NCBI GenBank assembly: GCA_951406725.2
Contig: OX597821.1
Coordinates: forward strand, 14,880,001 to 14,944,000
DNA: 64,000 nucleotides
Direction: 5' to 3'
Origin: Octopus vulgaris
Lineage: Eukaryota
Positions 13,359 to 25,841 of the stretch are shown piece after piece; position 1 is the stretch's first letter; every line of letters starts with the position of its first letter. The notes below the pieces were generated by a model, which was given only the letters and a program-made list of their open reading frames with translations, had not been told where the DNA came from and did not search any database. The position numbers and the translations under genes are program-made.

Positions 13359-14014
13359 GCGCGCAGACGTATAAATATATGTGCGCGAGCGTGTGCAATG
13401 TGTGTAAATCTTTATTTAACTCGTTCGTGTGCACATGGACGTAGAATGACCTTCGCTGTGGAATTTATCTCGAGAGAAAAAATTCCCATAGGCAGTGTGT
13501 GTGACATCTCATCAATGGATTATGAATGACATCATGTGTTTCTGCGTCGTTATGCTCCATCAGCTACGGGCACCGAAATCCGTCGTTCATAGCCCACAAG
13601 AAACAGGTGTTCTTAATTTTAAACAGTAAATGGTACATTTGCCAATGTATGCCAAACATACACAAGCTTGATACAACTAGAGGCGCACGAAGTAGTGTTG
13701 ATTGAAATATGAGTGTTACAATTATATTTAACACGTTCGTGTACACTCGGATATGGAAAGACCTTCACTGCGGAATTTGTCCTCGAGGAGAAGTGAAAAG
13801 ATACCACTAGGCTATGAATGATGCTATCGGACCCGAGGACACATGCATTTCTGCGTCGTAACATTTCTTAAGTGATGGATTTCGAATCGGTCTTTCATAG
13901 CTCATTAAGAAAAATCCATTTTTATATTTAAACAGCAAACAGGACATTTGTTGACTTGTGCAAAGCTTGGTTAAACACACGCGTATATAAAACCATATGG
14001 AGACATTTATATCT

Positions 14015-14189
14015 CTCTTTGACTCTTTTACTTGTTTCAGTCATTTGACTGCGGCCATGCTGGAGCACCGCCTTTAGTCGAGCAAATCGACCCCGGGACT
14101 TATTCTTTGTAAGCCCAGTACTTATTCTATCGGTCTCTTTCGCCGAACCGCTAAGTGACAAACACAGACACACAAACACAGACACACAA

Positions 14190-14258
<69 letters not shown>

Positions 14259-14423
14259 TACGACAGGCTTCTTTCAGTTTCCGTCTACTAAATCCACTCA
14301 CAAGGCATTGGTCGGCCTGGGGCTATAGCAGAAGACATTTGCCCAAGATGCCACGCAGTGGGACTGAACCCGGAACCATGTGGTTGGTTAGCAAGCTACT
14401 TATCACACAGCCACTCCTGCGCC
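14015..14423 (-). mobile_element. SINE family A with internal deletion
   Basis: Reverse match to 12218-12627, lacking about 45 bp after 'ctaagtgac'. Confidence 0.95.
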
Positions 14424-14744
14424 TATATATATAAATATACTACACACACACACACACATGTAGATGCCGAAACAACTTGGCTGAGGAAGTGTTGGTGTGC
14501 AAAATGGGTCTATGAAAATGATTTATCGAATTATTTTATAAATGATTTCTCTTCTTTTCCTTCTTTGGCTTTTTGGTTACTACGAATGATTTTAGCGGAT
14601 GCGTAGACTTATAATGTATGTAATGCATCTGCAGACTGAGACATTTATTTGTCTATAAGTGTGTTTGCGAATGTGTGCATATATAGGTGCCTGTATATGT
14701 GTATGCATTTGTATATGTTTGCTCCTGTTTGAATACCGAGTTGG

Positions 14745-15090
14745 GAGGTGGTAAGTTATTTACAACAACACCAGTATTTTATCGACCTTGAAAGGATGAA
14801 AGGCAGAGTCGCCTCGGCGTCATTTGAACACAGAACGTAAGGAGTCGGAAAAAAGCCTCCAATGGTGCAACTCTGCTAGCTAGACGCCTTATGGTTTCAA
14901 ATTATGGCAAAAAGTCAGCGATTTTGGGGGGAAGGGTAAGTTCATACTATCGACTACATACTTGAATGGTACTTTATTTTATCGACTTAGGAAGGATGAA
15001 AGGTAAAGTTGACCTAGAGGAATTCGAATCTAGAATGTTGGAGAATAACATTTGGCATTTTGCCAAACTGCTAAAAATTCTGCTAGCTGG
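14745..15090 (-). mobile_element. Two tandem old SINE C copies
   Basis: Two occurrences of 'ttttatcgac...aaggatgaaagg...gaa..agaa'. Confidence 0.8.
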
Positions 15091-15499
15091 GAACAAATTA
15101 TATTAACAATAAATGTCGATGCACGCATATAAACGTAAAGCGCAATATACGGAAATGTTATTTCATGACAAAAAGACATTGAATCAGTGAATCCAAGACG
15201 ATACTTTCATTTTAAATAGTGAATTCCGTTCCATGAAGGCCTATAATATTAAACCACACACGAGAGTTAGATTTTGTGATTTTATTTAAATCCCTAGAAC
15301 TAGTTATCTTATCTCACCTCACGTAAAATATGCTAGAAGAGCATATTTGGACGAACAATAATATGAAATACAGTCGAAGCATATCGGGATAAGATAATTA
15401 GGAGAATTCTTTGACAAAACATGTAAGCAAACACAGACGCATCGACATATATATAGCTATATGTATATATACATACATCGGTGTATGTTTATGTCTACA

Positions 15500-15553
<54 letters not shown>

Positions 15554-15635
15554 TATATAGAAAGATATAAATACACACACTCACATATATATATATAAAC
15601 ATATTTACATATATATATATTAGTATATATGTGTA

Positions 15636-15698
<63 letters not shown>

Positions 15699-15739
15699 CA
15701 AAGTTGAGTTGTGGGGTATCGCACGAGTGGAATTATATA

Positions 15740-16324
15740 CGAAAGAAGGTTTGAAAATGCAATTTAAAAGATGTTTATTTACTTAACCGGTTTCACTCTT
15801 TGGAAAAAGATTGTCAAAAGTAACATAGAATATTATGAATTCAAAAAAGTTTTTTACATAATTGCCACATTGAATATTATGAATTCAAAAAAGTTTTTTT
15901 TACATAATTGCCACATTACATGTATATATATAGTCTTTGGTAACAGGGACATGCTAAGGGCATAAAGAAGTTCAACAGTGTGATGAGAATATCTAAAAAA
16001 AAGGGGCAGAAAAGAATAAAACAAATATATTATTGGAAGTTTTGGTTGCGTTAATTGCCCCTTTTTTTCAAATATTCTCATCACACTGTTGAACTTCTTT
16101 ATGCCCTTAACATGTCCCTGTTACCAAAGACTATATATATACATGTAATGTGGCAATTATGTAAAAAAAACTTTTTTGAATTCATAATATTCAATGTTGC
16201 AATTATGTAAAAAACTTTTTTGAATTCATAATATTCAATGTTACTTTTGACAATCTTTTTCCAAAGAGTGAAACCGGTTAAGTAAATAAACATCTTTTAA
16301 ATTGCATTTTCAAACCTTCTTTCG
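15740..16324. repeat. Near-perfect inverted repeat, ~269 bp arms and ~47 nt spacer, between (TA)n tracts
   Basis: 15740-16008 is the reverse complement of 16056-16324; the ORF track shows identical 64-aa ORFs on opposite strands. Confidence 0.97.
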
Positions 16325-16358
<34 letters not shown>

Positions 16359-16360
<2 letters not shown>

Positions 16361-16525
16361 CGGGAAGTTTTATGAAAATAAACAAAAGACGAAGGCAGGT
16401 GAAGTACAAACAAACAATTGTATTAGTACGGCGCTCAGGAATATAAATAAAACAAGTCTTTTACGTTTCGAGCCTACTCTCTTCAACAGAAAGATACACA
16501 GAAAAGAAACAAGGAGAGAAAAATG

Positions 16526-16528
<3 letters not shown>
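16359..16528 (-). mobile_element. TA-flanked short element with hammerhead-like motif (family of 27629-27830)
   Basis: Reverse strand reads CTTT-CTGTTGAA-GAGagtaggCTC-GAAACGTA-AAAG; downstream sequence matches 27740-27829. Confidence 0.8.
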
Positions 16529-16568
<40 letters not shown>

Positions 16569-16572
<4 letters not shown>

Positions 16573-16837
16573 CTTTAAATTCAGGGAAAATGCAACCTAT
16601 AACCAGCGCATTAGCAGAATCATATTTTATCACAAAGTATAATCCGCTTTTGAATGCGTCCACCACAAATGACACTTCTACAAGGGCCTTAGAGTAATAC
16701 CCATGCAAATAACTATTCCACAATTTAATTATTTTTCATTCTTTGAAAAGTTGAAAATGTCGCAAAGTCTGAAACCGGTACTAAAATGTTCTTGATGATT
16801 AAATTATTATAGCATTTTCTACCTTGTCTTATTTTCC
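16569..16837 (+). mobile_element. 3' end of a Penelope-like element
   Basis: Translation ...SALAESYFITKYNPLLNA fits a GIY-YIG C-terminus (ExxxIxxxxPxLN); followed by 'ttgaaaat...gaaaccggta'; (TA)n on both sides. Confidence 0.6.
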
Positions 16838-16839
16838 TT

Positions 16840-16897
<58 letters not shown>

Positions 16898-16903
<6 letters not shown>

Positions 16904-17330
16904 GTTGTATACTGTCAATCTAACAAGAACGTGACAGTAGGGGGTACACCACCGCTGTATAGCCCTAGGAAGCATCGAACGCCTCCTGATAGCTTTGACA
17001 CATTTTTTCCCTGTGTCCTTATATACATATACGAAGGGGAGACAAACACACCCGGCCGCCGGAACTGCATCTAGGGACACCGTGTTTCAGGATCATTGTC
17101 CCTCATCGGCCTAGAGTAGCAGACACCGGTCAGCTGGTGATATTTGCCTCGACTTCGTAATTGTATATATGTAAACTCAGTGAAGTCTATTCACTGATTA
17201 TCAAAATAAGAAATATTGAATTTCTAAATCTCTCGTAGAGACATGTACGGTGGTGGGGTGATAGAATGGTTGTGTACTGTCAATCTAACAAGAACGTGAC
17301 AGTAGGGGGTACACCACCGCTATATAGCCC
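16898..17330 (-). mobile_element. Element with ~68 bp direct terminal repeats (16898-16966, 17263-17331) enclosing a hammerhead
   Basis: 'agaatggttgt.tactgtcaatctaacaagaacgtgacagtagggggtacaccaccgct.tatagccct' occurs twice, 365 bp apart. Confidence 0.85.
17070..17115 (-). ncRNA. Type-I hammerhead ribozyme motif with GUC site
   Basis: Minus strand: TCTAGG-CCGATGA-GGGAcaatgaTCCT-GAAA-CACGGTG-TC-CCTAGA; 6-bp stem I and a U4C core variant. Confidence 0.8.
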
Positions 17331-18014
17331 TTACGTAATACCCTGATATTGAGATCTCCGTTGACGGGTTTCTGGTATTAAAGCGTTTAACACTTACGAT
17401 ATGCAAATTAGTAATTCCATTTCTCTGTAGCTACTGGGTTTGTTGAGTATATAAACATATTAGCTGCCTATCTCCCCCGCTATTTCACAAGATGATGTTG
17501 ATACCATTGATGAGAACCCATAAGATTATAAACTCGATTAACACTGCTCATGGTTTTTTTCCCCCATCTCATGAGAAATAGTTAAATTTACCCTGTTTAT
17601 ATATCTACTTTATAGGTTACATACATACCTGTGTTTCTTTGTGTGTTCAAATGTGTGTAAATTGCTGAATAGTATCTCAAGGCAACTCAATCAATTTTGC
17701 CAGCAAGACAATAGCTAGCTCACAAAGTCACCAAAGAATTATTGAAGATTAATAGTAACAAAGCCACGACTAAAATATTTAAAGGCGAACTTGTCTACCG
17801 ATCTAAATTATCTTCATTATTAATTACTGTTTTACATTTGAAAGATGCGAGAGCTTCAATTAAGTATAAAAGACATAAATGTTTGAAACATCTAATTCTG
17901 TTACGTATTGAATATTAATTATATTTTGTCTTTCTCGTCTAAGATTTTCGTGTCAAGAACATGAACGTGTGTTTGTGTGGCTGGTGGTAGCGGTGTTGTG
18001 TGTCTGCCTTTCTT

Positions 18015-18111
<97 letters not shown>

Positions 18112-18135
18112 ACATACATACATACATACATACAT
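18015..18135. repeat. (TATC)n(TACA)n microsatellite
   Basis: Direct reading. Confidence 0.97.
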
Positions 18136-18251
18136 CAACCAATAATATGCCCGAAGATAATCATTACTGGTATCTGATTGTTGGAAATTTAACCTTATTC
18201 CGTTATATTGAGTGCTTCCTCGATATCTGCCAGAATTTTTTACGCCATTTT

Positions 18252-18292
<41 letters not shown>

Positions 18293-19219
18293 CGCGTGTA
18301 TGTGTGACCGTGTGTGTGAGTTTATGTATATGTGTATTTATATATATATGTGCTTGGTATAGGTATGACTGTATTACGCCAACAGCGTGAACATACTATA
18401 GTAACGATATCGTTCATCGCAATTATATGGTGTATGTTGATATACGTGTGTATGTGTGCATTTGTGTATGTCTGTGGTTATGTGTGTGTGTATGTGCGCG
18501 CGCGCGTGTGTGTCTGTGTGTGTAAGTATATCTGTTAGTATTTATGCATGCACGTGTGTATATGTATAGCTGAAATAAGTGTGAGAGACGCTTTGCCTCA
18601 AGCTGAATTTGCAGGAGCTATTGCCTAAAACTGCCTTATTTTTAAATAAGAGCGTTGTAGTTCGCTTGAGGCATTAGACTTTCAACATCTATGTCAAAGT
18701 AACAGGCATTTCACCCCTTAGCTGCTACGTTTTTTTCTTCTTCGAGTGTGGCTACAAAGGCTGAACTGAATTAGTTTTTTGCCTGCAGAAAGATTTTTAT
18801 ATCTAATGTCTCTACTCAGCCGCACACAGCTTGAGCTGATTTGAACTGTCATATGTATCTTCTAAACGGCTTTCTTCAGCTTCCACTGTTCAAAGTTGTG
18901 TTCTGAAAAAAGTAGCGCACTGAACGTGTGAGGGAACCGCGGCAGCCAACTTCAGTGAGGAATAAAGTTGCCAGTCATTTTTGACAAGAATCACATCTAT
19001 AAAACCCTAGTATCTGACTTCCATAAATGGTGAAACATCTCAAGTCTGTCCTCCTAGAGTACTATATGTGCAACCGTGGCGATAAAAGTCAGGTGATCTT
19101 TTTTCAATCTACGGACATAAAGATTGATTGGGCATATCTGTGTGTCAACTAGATAGGTTTACATATATCATAGCTTGATTCTGTGTGCACTGGGTCACTC
19201 ATTGACAGGCTTCTAATAT

Positions 19220-19631
19220 TGGTTTCAAATTTTGGCTCAAGGCCAGCAACTTGACCCCAGTGCTCAACTAGCACTCATTTTATCGACTGCGAAAGGACTA
19301 GAGACAAAGTCGACTTCAGTGGCATTTGATCTCAGAACGTAAAGTCGGATGAAATGCCCGATAAGTAGTTTTTCCGGTACAGTAACGATTCCGCCAGGTC
19401 GCCGGCCTACAAGCTTCTAAAATTGGTTTCAAATTTTGGCACAAGGCAACAATTTCAAGGGAAGGAGCTAAGTCAATTATATCGACCCAAAGCTTAACCG
19501 GTACTAATTTTATCTACCCTGAGAAAAACAAAGTCAACTTCGACGGAATTTGAACACAAAACTGAAAGAAGAACGAAATGCCGCTAAGTATTAAGCTCGA
19601 CATGCTAGCGATTCTACCAGCTCACCGTCTT
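19220..19631 (-). mobile_element. Two tandem old SINE C copies
   Basis: Both begin 'tggtttcaaattttggc.caagg' and end in a 'cag.tc.cc' head. Confidence 0.85.
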
Positions 19632-19682
19632 ACAGGCCTCTCTATTAAATAGAGTGATAATAATTTATTTATTTATTTATCT

Positions 19683-19991
19683 ATGCGCCCTTTTCAGCCT
19701 ATCCAGGTTCATGGGCCTGTTTTCCCGGTTTCTGTGGCGTATGTGTTCACCCCAGCAGGACGGGACGCCAGTCCATCGCAACGTTACTCAAGAAACAGGA
19801 AGAAAGAGTGAGAGAAAGAGAAAGTTGGGGCGAAAGAGTACAACAGAGGTCGCCACCACCCCTGCCGTAGCCTTGTGGAGCTTTAGGTATTTTCGCTCAA
19901 TAAACACACACAGCGCCCGGTCTGGGAATCGAAACCGCCATCCTCCGACCGCGAGTCCGCTGCCCTAACAACTGGGCCATTGCGCTTCCAC
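19683..19991 (-). mobile_element. SINE head B + tail 2
   Basis: Head as in 10396-10778; tail 'tgcgatggactggcgtcccgtcc...aaagggcgcat' as in 38035-38336. Confidence 0.93.
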
Positions 19992-20504
19992 GTTAATAAT
20001 TTATAGTATGCAAATTTGTAGCTCCAGTTTTTTGAAGCTACTGCTTGGAAACTTGTTTTTCTGGGATTATTCGATGACGTAGACACCTATGATTAGATTT
20101 CAGCAAGCGTCAAAAATCGAATAAGACCGGTCATTATAATTAACTTTTGGCATTAATAATGCTTTCGTTGCTAATAATTAACTTTTAATAAGTCTGCCGG
20201 CTATTTGCGACATCAGTATCTGAAAAAAAAAAGCTGATATCCTACATATGATAGGAATAAGATCTGACTGGCATGCGGTGCTTCCCTCTGATTAAGTCCA
20301 ATAGATCGAAATCACGTGATATGAGAATTCTGGCGCCCGCATCAGGTGAATTCAGTCTGCTACGATCTATGTGTGTGTTTATATGCACCAAGGGCCTATA
20401 TGAGGAGATCTCTCAATGCCAAAACACAGTATTCGGTGTTCTAAACAGGCATTCATGCTAAGCCGATATAATAATTACTTTTGGTATTAATACTAATTCC
20501 TGGG

Positions 20505-20563
<59 letters not shown>

Positions 20564-20575
20564 ATAATAATAATA
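20505..20575. repeat. (TAC)n(TAA)n microsatellite
   Basis: Direct reading. Confidence 0.97.
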
Positions 20576-20901
20576 AAGCATACAATGAGCTTCTCTGCCC
20601 TAGGTGTACGGAAAACACTCGGCGAGAAACGGAAGAAAATTTGAAGAAAAAAGAAAAAAAAAATAATAATAATAATTATATATATATATATATATATGTT
20701 TATAAGCATATTTTATATATTATACAGCAAACACATATATAATTATATGTAATATATTTTATGTACAGCATTTTGTAACATTTAAGACAGTAATTTAAGT
20801 TTGACACTCGAAGAAAGATACTTGGGTAAAGTTACTGCAAGTTGTCACGTACTTTATATGTATACTGTATACCAAATATTCATATCTCAAAAATGTATTG
20901 T

Positions 20902-20941
<40 letters not shown>

Positions 20942-21262
20942 TGTACATATATAAATACGCAAACACATAATATCATTACATTTTGGGGATGCCGATATTT
21001 TTATATCATATTTGCATTTATTTAACATGTAATTTTCAATAATATGGATTACATGGAAAAGAATAAATTGATGCTAATAGTTGTAGGGTTACACGCTGAT
21101 GATGTCTCACAATATGAAACAAAAACGATGAAAAATTTAACTGGAGAATAGGAATAATGCTGTTGTAGCTGTGTAACTCTGGCAACTCTGATTTACCAAA
21201 GCAATACGGATGTGTCTGTCCTATATCTTTTCAAAACGGCGAAGTGTGATACCTATATACAT

Positions 21263-21675
21263 ACAGGAGTGGCTGTGTGGTAAGTAGCTTGTTTACCAGC
21301 CACATGGTTCCAGGTTCAGTCCCACTGCGTGGCACCTTGGGCAAGTGTCTTCTACTATAGCCTCGGGCCGACCAAAGCCTTGTGAGTGGATTTGGTAGAC
21401 GGAAACTGAAAGAAGCCCGTCGTATATATGTATATATATATATATGCATGTGTGTGTTTGTGTGAGTGTGTTTGTCCCCCTAGCATTGCTTGACAACCGA
21501 TGCTGGTGTGTTTATGTCCCCGTTACTTAGCGGTTCGGCAAAAGAGACCGATAGAATAAGTACTGGGTTTACAAAAGAATAAGTCCCGGGGTCGAGTTGC
21601 TCGATTAAAGGCGGTGCTCCAGCATGGCCGCAGTTAAATGACTGAAACAAGTAAAAGAATAACAGAATAAAAGAA
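21263..21675 (+). mobile_element. SINE family A
   Basis: High identity to 12218-12627. Confidence 0.95.
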
Positions 21676-21775
21676 AGAACATACATACATACATACACAC
21701 ACATACATAGTTATACATACATATTTATACATATATAAGTACATGTATATCAATATATGAATATATCTTTTTATA

Positions 21776-22627
21776 CACATGGTCTGATCAATAAATATCT
21801 GGACTGTTGCTATAGTAACGAAGCTAAAACACGCTGGGTAAAGCCGTTTGGCTCAGACTAACCTTGAACTCTGCTGTGCATGCGTACTAAGTTTTAATGT
21901 TCTAACTCACTCCCGTTGTTCACAACAGTGCTTGGAAGGAAGGTGTGTAGCGTGTGATCGTCACATTGACTATGACAAAGTTGTTGTGGCGATACCTGCT
22001 CCGAGGCCTGCGCAAAGTGGCAGAACATGTATGGAGGGGAGTATATGAGTCGCACATAAAGGTATGGCGAAAAAATGTCGATATTGACGAACATTCTGGA
22101 AGACCCGCAATCGGCAGAACTGAGAAAAACATCGCAAATGTGCGTGCAGCTGTGAGGGAAATCGTCGGATGACCATTCGTGAGTTATCAGAGGATGTGCA
22201 GATTAGTTAAGATGTAGTTCAGTCCATTATCACTGAAGATTTAGCTTAGAGACGCGTGTTTGCCAAGTTTGTGCCAAAACTACTTTCAGCTGGCCAAAAT
22301 GACACTTGGGTCTCCTTTATTGGGTTGAGAACGATGAAAACATTTCGAAAACTTTTCGTAGGCCTCTGAGCAGGTATCGCCAAGGTTTTGGCAAAAATTG
22401 ATGGAGATTCTCTGATCAATGTCCTCTGTCATGTTCAATGCGACGATCGCACACTACACACCTTCCTTCCAAGCACTTTTGTAAACAGTGGAAGTGAGCT
22501 AGGGCGTTAAACCTAGTGCGCATGCACAGAAGAGTTCAAGATCAATCTGTGCCAAGCGGCTTCACTCTCCATGCTTTTGGTTCGTTACTATAGCAACAAT
22601 CCCGATAATTACTGATCAGATCATATA
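21776..22627 (+). mobile_element. Fold-back mariner derivative with long inverted arms and an N-terminal transposase relic
   Basis: 21776-~22020 is inverted at ~22350-22627; internal translation DIDEHSGRP...ANVRAAV...TIRELSEDV...RRVFAKFVPKLLS; TA at the ends. Confidence 0.9.
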
Positions 22628-23027
22628 TCTTTATATATAAAAGTGAGGCTGTGTGCTGTCTGTCTCCTACGATTTAGATTCCTAACTACTCCCACATTTT
22701 GCGGTGCAGTTTAACCAAAACCGGGCATCTTATAGTCGTGATTCATATCGAGCCCTTCTGGGGTATTAGCACGCGTCTACGATGAGTCTACGATTTAAAA
22801 AAAAATTACCATCATTTTTTTCCATTTTAATGCATTTTTTCGCGATTATATAAGGGAAGTAACTCTCTAAAAATGTCTACGATGAGTCAACGATTTAAAA
22901 AAAAATTACCATAATTTTTTTTCCATTTTTAATGCATTATTTTGCTATCTTTTGGCTATAACTCTCTAAAAATGCTTATATAGTTATTTCCCTTACAAAC
23001 CCGAGCAACGCCGGGCGATACTGCTAG
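22628..23027 (+). mobile_element. Non-autonomous Helitron
   Basis: A|TC start, subterminal hairpin CCCGagcaacgcCGGG, CTAG|T end; internal ~90 bp duplication. Confidence 0.9.
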
Positions 23028-23306
23028 TGTATATATATATATTTTTATACACACACACACATAATACATATAGTTATATGAATATTATATATTTATATAG
23101 ATATACATACAGAGATACATCCATATACATATGCTTTTATATGTTTATATGTCTGGTTGTCTGTCGGTCTGTGCGTAAACATGTATTTATGTAATCTTAT
23201 CGAGTATGATAGGTCTGAGAATATGTTGACTGCACGAGAGAAGAATGCTTACTCTATAAGAAAGAGCTGATAATCTTTGCAGGAATAATACATGCACACA
23301 CACACA

Positions 23307-23346
<40 letters not shown>

Positions 23347-23702
23347 TATATATAAATATAAAGTATATAAGTGAATATAAGTATGTTTTGCTTATGTGGT
23401 CTGTCTGCTTTCAAAACTATCAGTTATCTTTAAAGAGTAAGCATTTTCAATCAATATGCTTAAAACTTAAGCTACCGTGCCTGATAAGGTTAAAGTTGTA
23501 TGCACATAGACGCTTAATACGTACAGACAGACAAATAGACAGAGACAGACAGCCACATCGATGCGAGAAACACACACATGTACATGTGTTTTACGTCGCT
23601 ACACACACACACACACACACACATACACACACACACACACATATATTAATAAAAATAATAATATTACTATCCAGTAAGCATAAAACACCATAAAAGGCAT
23701 AA

Positions 23703-24084
23703 TCTATATATATAAAGCTGAAGTTGTCTGTTTGTGGCAGGTTTGGTAGCCTTCAACTAACACTATCTCCTCCGAGACACTGCGAAGCAAGTTGAGCAAA
23801 ATTAAGGGTATGATAGAAGAAGGCTTGCTCTTCATTCCCTAGAAGATAAAATTCAAATCGGACCATGTTAAGGCCAAAAATTATTTACATCAAAAAGGCG
23901 CTTTTTTTTCTATGAAATTCCCTATTTTTCACGATATTTTGACTGCCGTGTCGCCATTTTTCGGTGTATTTCAAACAGAGCTTAAAGAGAATAACAAGCT
24001 ACATAATGCAAAATTTTTACTTTTCAAAAATTCCAATTCTAATGGGTCGAAAAAATCCCGAGCAACGCCGGGCGATACTGCTAG
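23703..24084 (+). mobile_element. Non-autonomous Helitron, different body
   Basis: A|TC start and the same 3' end cccgagcaacgccgggcgatactgCTAG|T. Confidence 0.9.
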
Positions 24085-24224
24085 TTATAAATACAAAGCG
24101 AATGTACACGAAATACAATCATTGCTAGAAATAGCAGCCGTTAAGTTATCAGCACTATGTAGAACACCACTGAATGCGTACATTAGGCTTTGTGTGTGTG
24201 TATGTATATAAATATATATATGAT

Positions 24225-24470
24225 TTATAAATGAGGGTGAAATAATTTGATATTAATTTAATAATACCATCAATTTAACACCAAGTGGCTTAGCACATAA
24301 AAACCAGGAATACAATACAAATTTATATATAAATATGAGAGAGTGACCACTATGTGGTTAACTCTAGTGCTAAAAATAGCTCCGTTACTGGTAACGGGGC
24401 TACCAGTAACGGAGCTATTTTTAGCACTAGAGTTAACCACATAGTGGTCACTCTCTCATATTTATATATA
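24225..24470. mobile_element. TA-flanked element with a perfect ~70 bp-arm palindrome (24324-24470)
   Basis: 24324-24393 is the exact reverse complement of 24401-24470; left part related to 48130-48215. Confidence 0.9.
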
Positions 24471-25085
24471 TATATATATATATATGTATATAAAAAGAAA
24501 GAGAGAGAGAGAGAGAGAGAGTGAGAGAAAGGATGATATTATGCATTTAACTCGTGTTTCTCAGTTATATTGAACCCATACATAAAAAAAATCTTCAGTC
24601 GATATGCGTGTATTTGAGTGTGTGCAAGTATGTGTGTGTGTTTATATGTTTGAGCGCTTGTGAATGTGTATGTCTATGAGTTAAGAGAATGATCAGTAGT
24701 TAGACAGAGATCAATACATTTTCAAACGGAACTTAAAATATTCGTTGTCGTAGGCTTCTTTAATGGCAGAGTGTTAATTTTATTGTGAATGCTGTTTGAG
24801 AGAATAGTGCTGAGTACTGTCATCAAGAAATTTAGACACCTGCGAAGTAATAAAATTTATTTAAAAATTTGATTTCTCCTATTCACTATTAAATATTCAC
24901 TCCTTAATTTCGTTGCTACCGCGTATATGTATCTGTCTAATTCTCACTTTTAATACGTATTATGTGTTATGACTATAGCATTAGAGCATTTTAGGTCATA
25001 TTTCTAGCAATGTAGGTGTTTGTAACACCCTAGTCATGTTTAGTGACAATTATAGTTTTCTTTTTGGGTAAAATATTGAATACTG

Positions 25086-25130
<45 letters not shown>

Positions 25131-25168
25131 CATACATACTACATATCTATATATATATATATATATTA

Positions 25169-25570
25169 GGCGTAGGAGTGGCTGTGTGGTAAGTAGCTTG
25201 CTTACCAGCCACACGGTTCCGGGTTCAGTCCCACTGAGTGGCACCTTGGGCAAGTGTCTTCTACTATAGCCTCGGGCCAACCAAAGCCTTGTGAGTGGAT
25301 TTGGTAGACGGAAATTGAAAGAATCCTGTCGTATATATGTATATATATATGTGTGTATATGTTTGTGTGTGTGTGTGTGTTTGTCCCCCCCAACATCGTT
25401 TGACAACCAATGCTGGTGTGTTTACGTCACCGTAACTTAGCGGTTCGGCAAAAGAGACCGATAGAATAAGTACTAGGCTTACAGAGAATAAGTCCTGGGG
25501 TCAATTTGCTCGACTAAAAGGCGGTGCTCCAGCATGACCACAGTCGCATAACTGAAACAAGTAAAAGAGT
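25169..25570 (+). mobile_element. SINE family A
   Basis: High identity to 12218-12627. Confidence 0.95.
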
Positions 25571-25590
25571 ATATATGTAAGTATGTATTC

Positions 25591-25824
25591 TATTTCTTTA
25601 CTACCCACAAGAGGCTAAACACAGAGGGGACAAACAAGGACAGAAAAAACAGATTAAGTCGATTACATCGACCCCAGTGCGTAACTGGTACTTAATTTAT
25701 CGACTCCGAAAAGATGAAAGGCAAAGTCGACCTCGGCGGAATTTGAACTCAGAACGTAACGGCAGTCGAAATACGGGTACGCATTTCGCTCGGCGTGCTA
25801 ACGATTCGGCCAGCTCGCCGCCTT
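25591..25824 (-). mobile_element. SINE family C monomer (tRNA-like head + Meta-like domain)
   Basis: Minus strand: GGCGGCGAGCTGGC...GAGTTCAAATTCC...gtcgactttgcctttcatc...gtcgataaattaagtaccag; 18-bp TSD atatgtaagtatgtattc. Confidence 0.93.
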
Positions 25825-25841
25825 AAAATATGTAAGTATGT

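Noticed and set aside
24124-24135. GCTAGAAATAGC, identical to part of the Cas9 sgRNA scaffold
   Set aside because: Only 12 nt, spans an engineered loop, and flanks do not match; it is the reverse of the local TTCTAGC motif.
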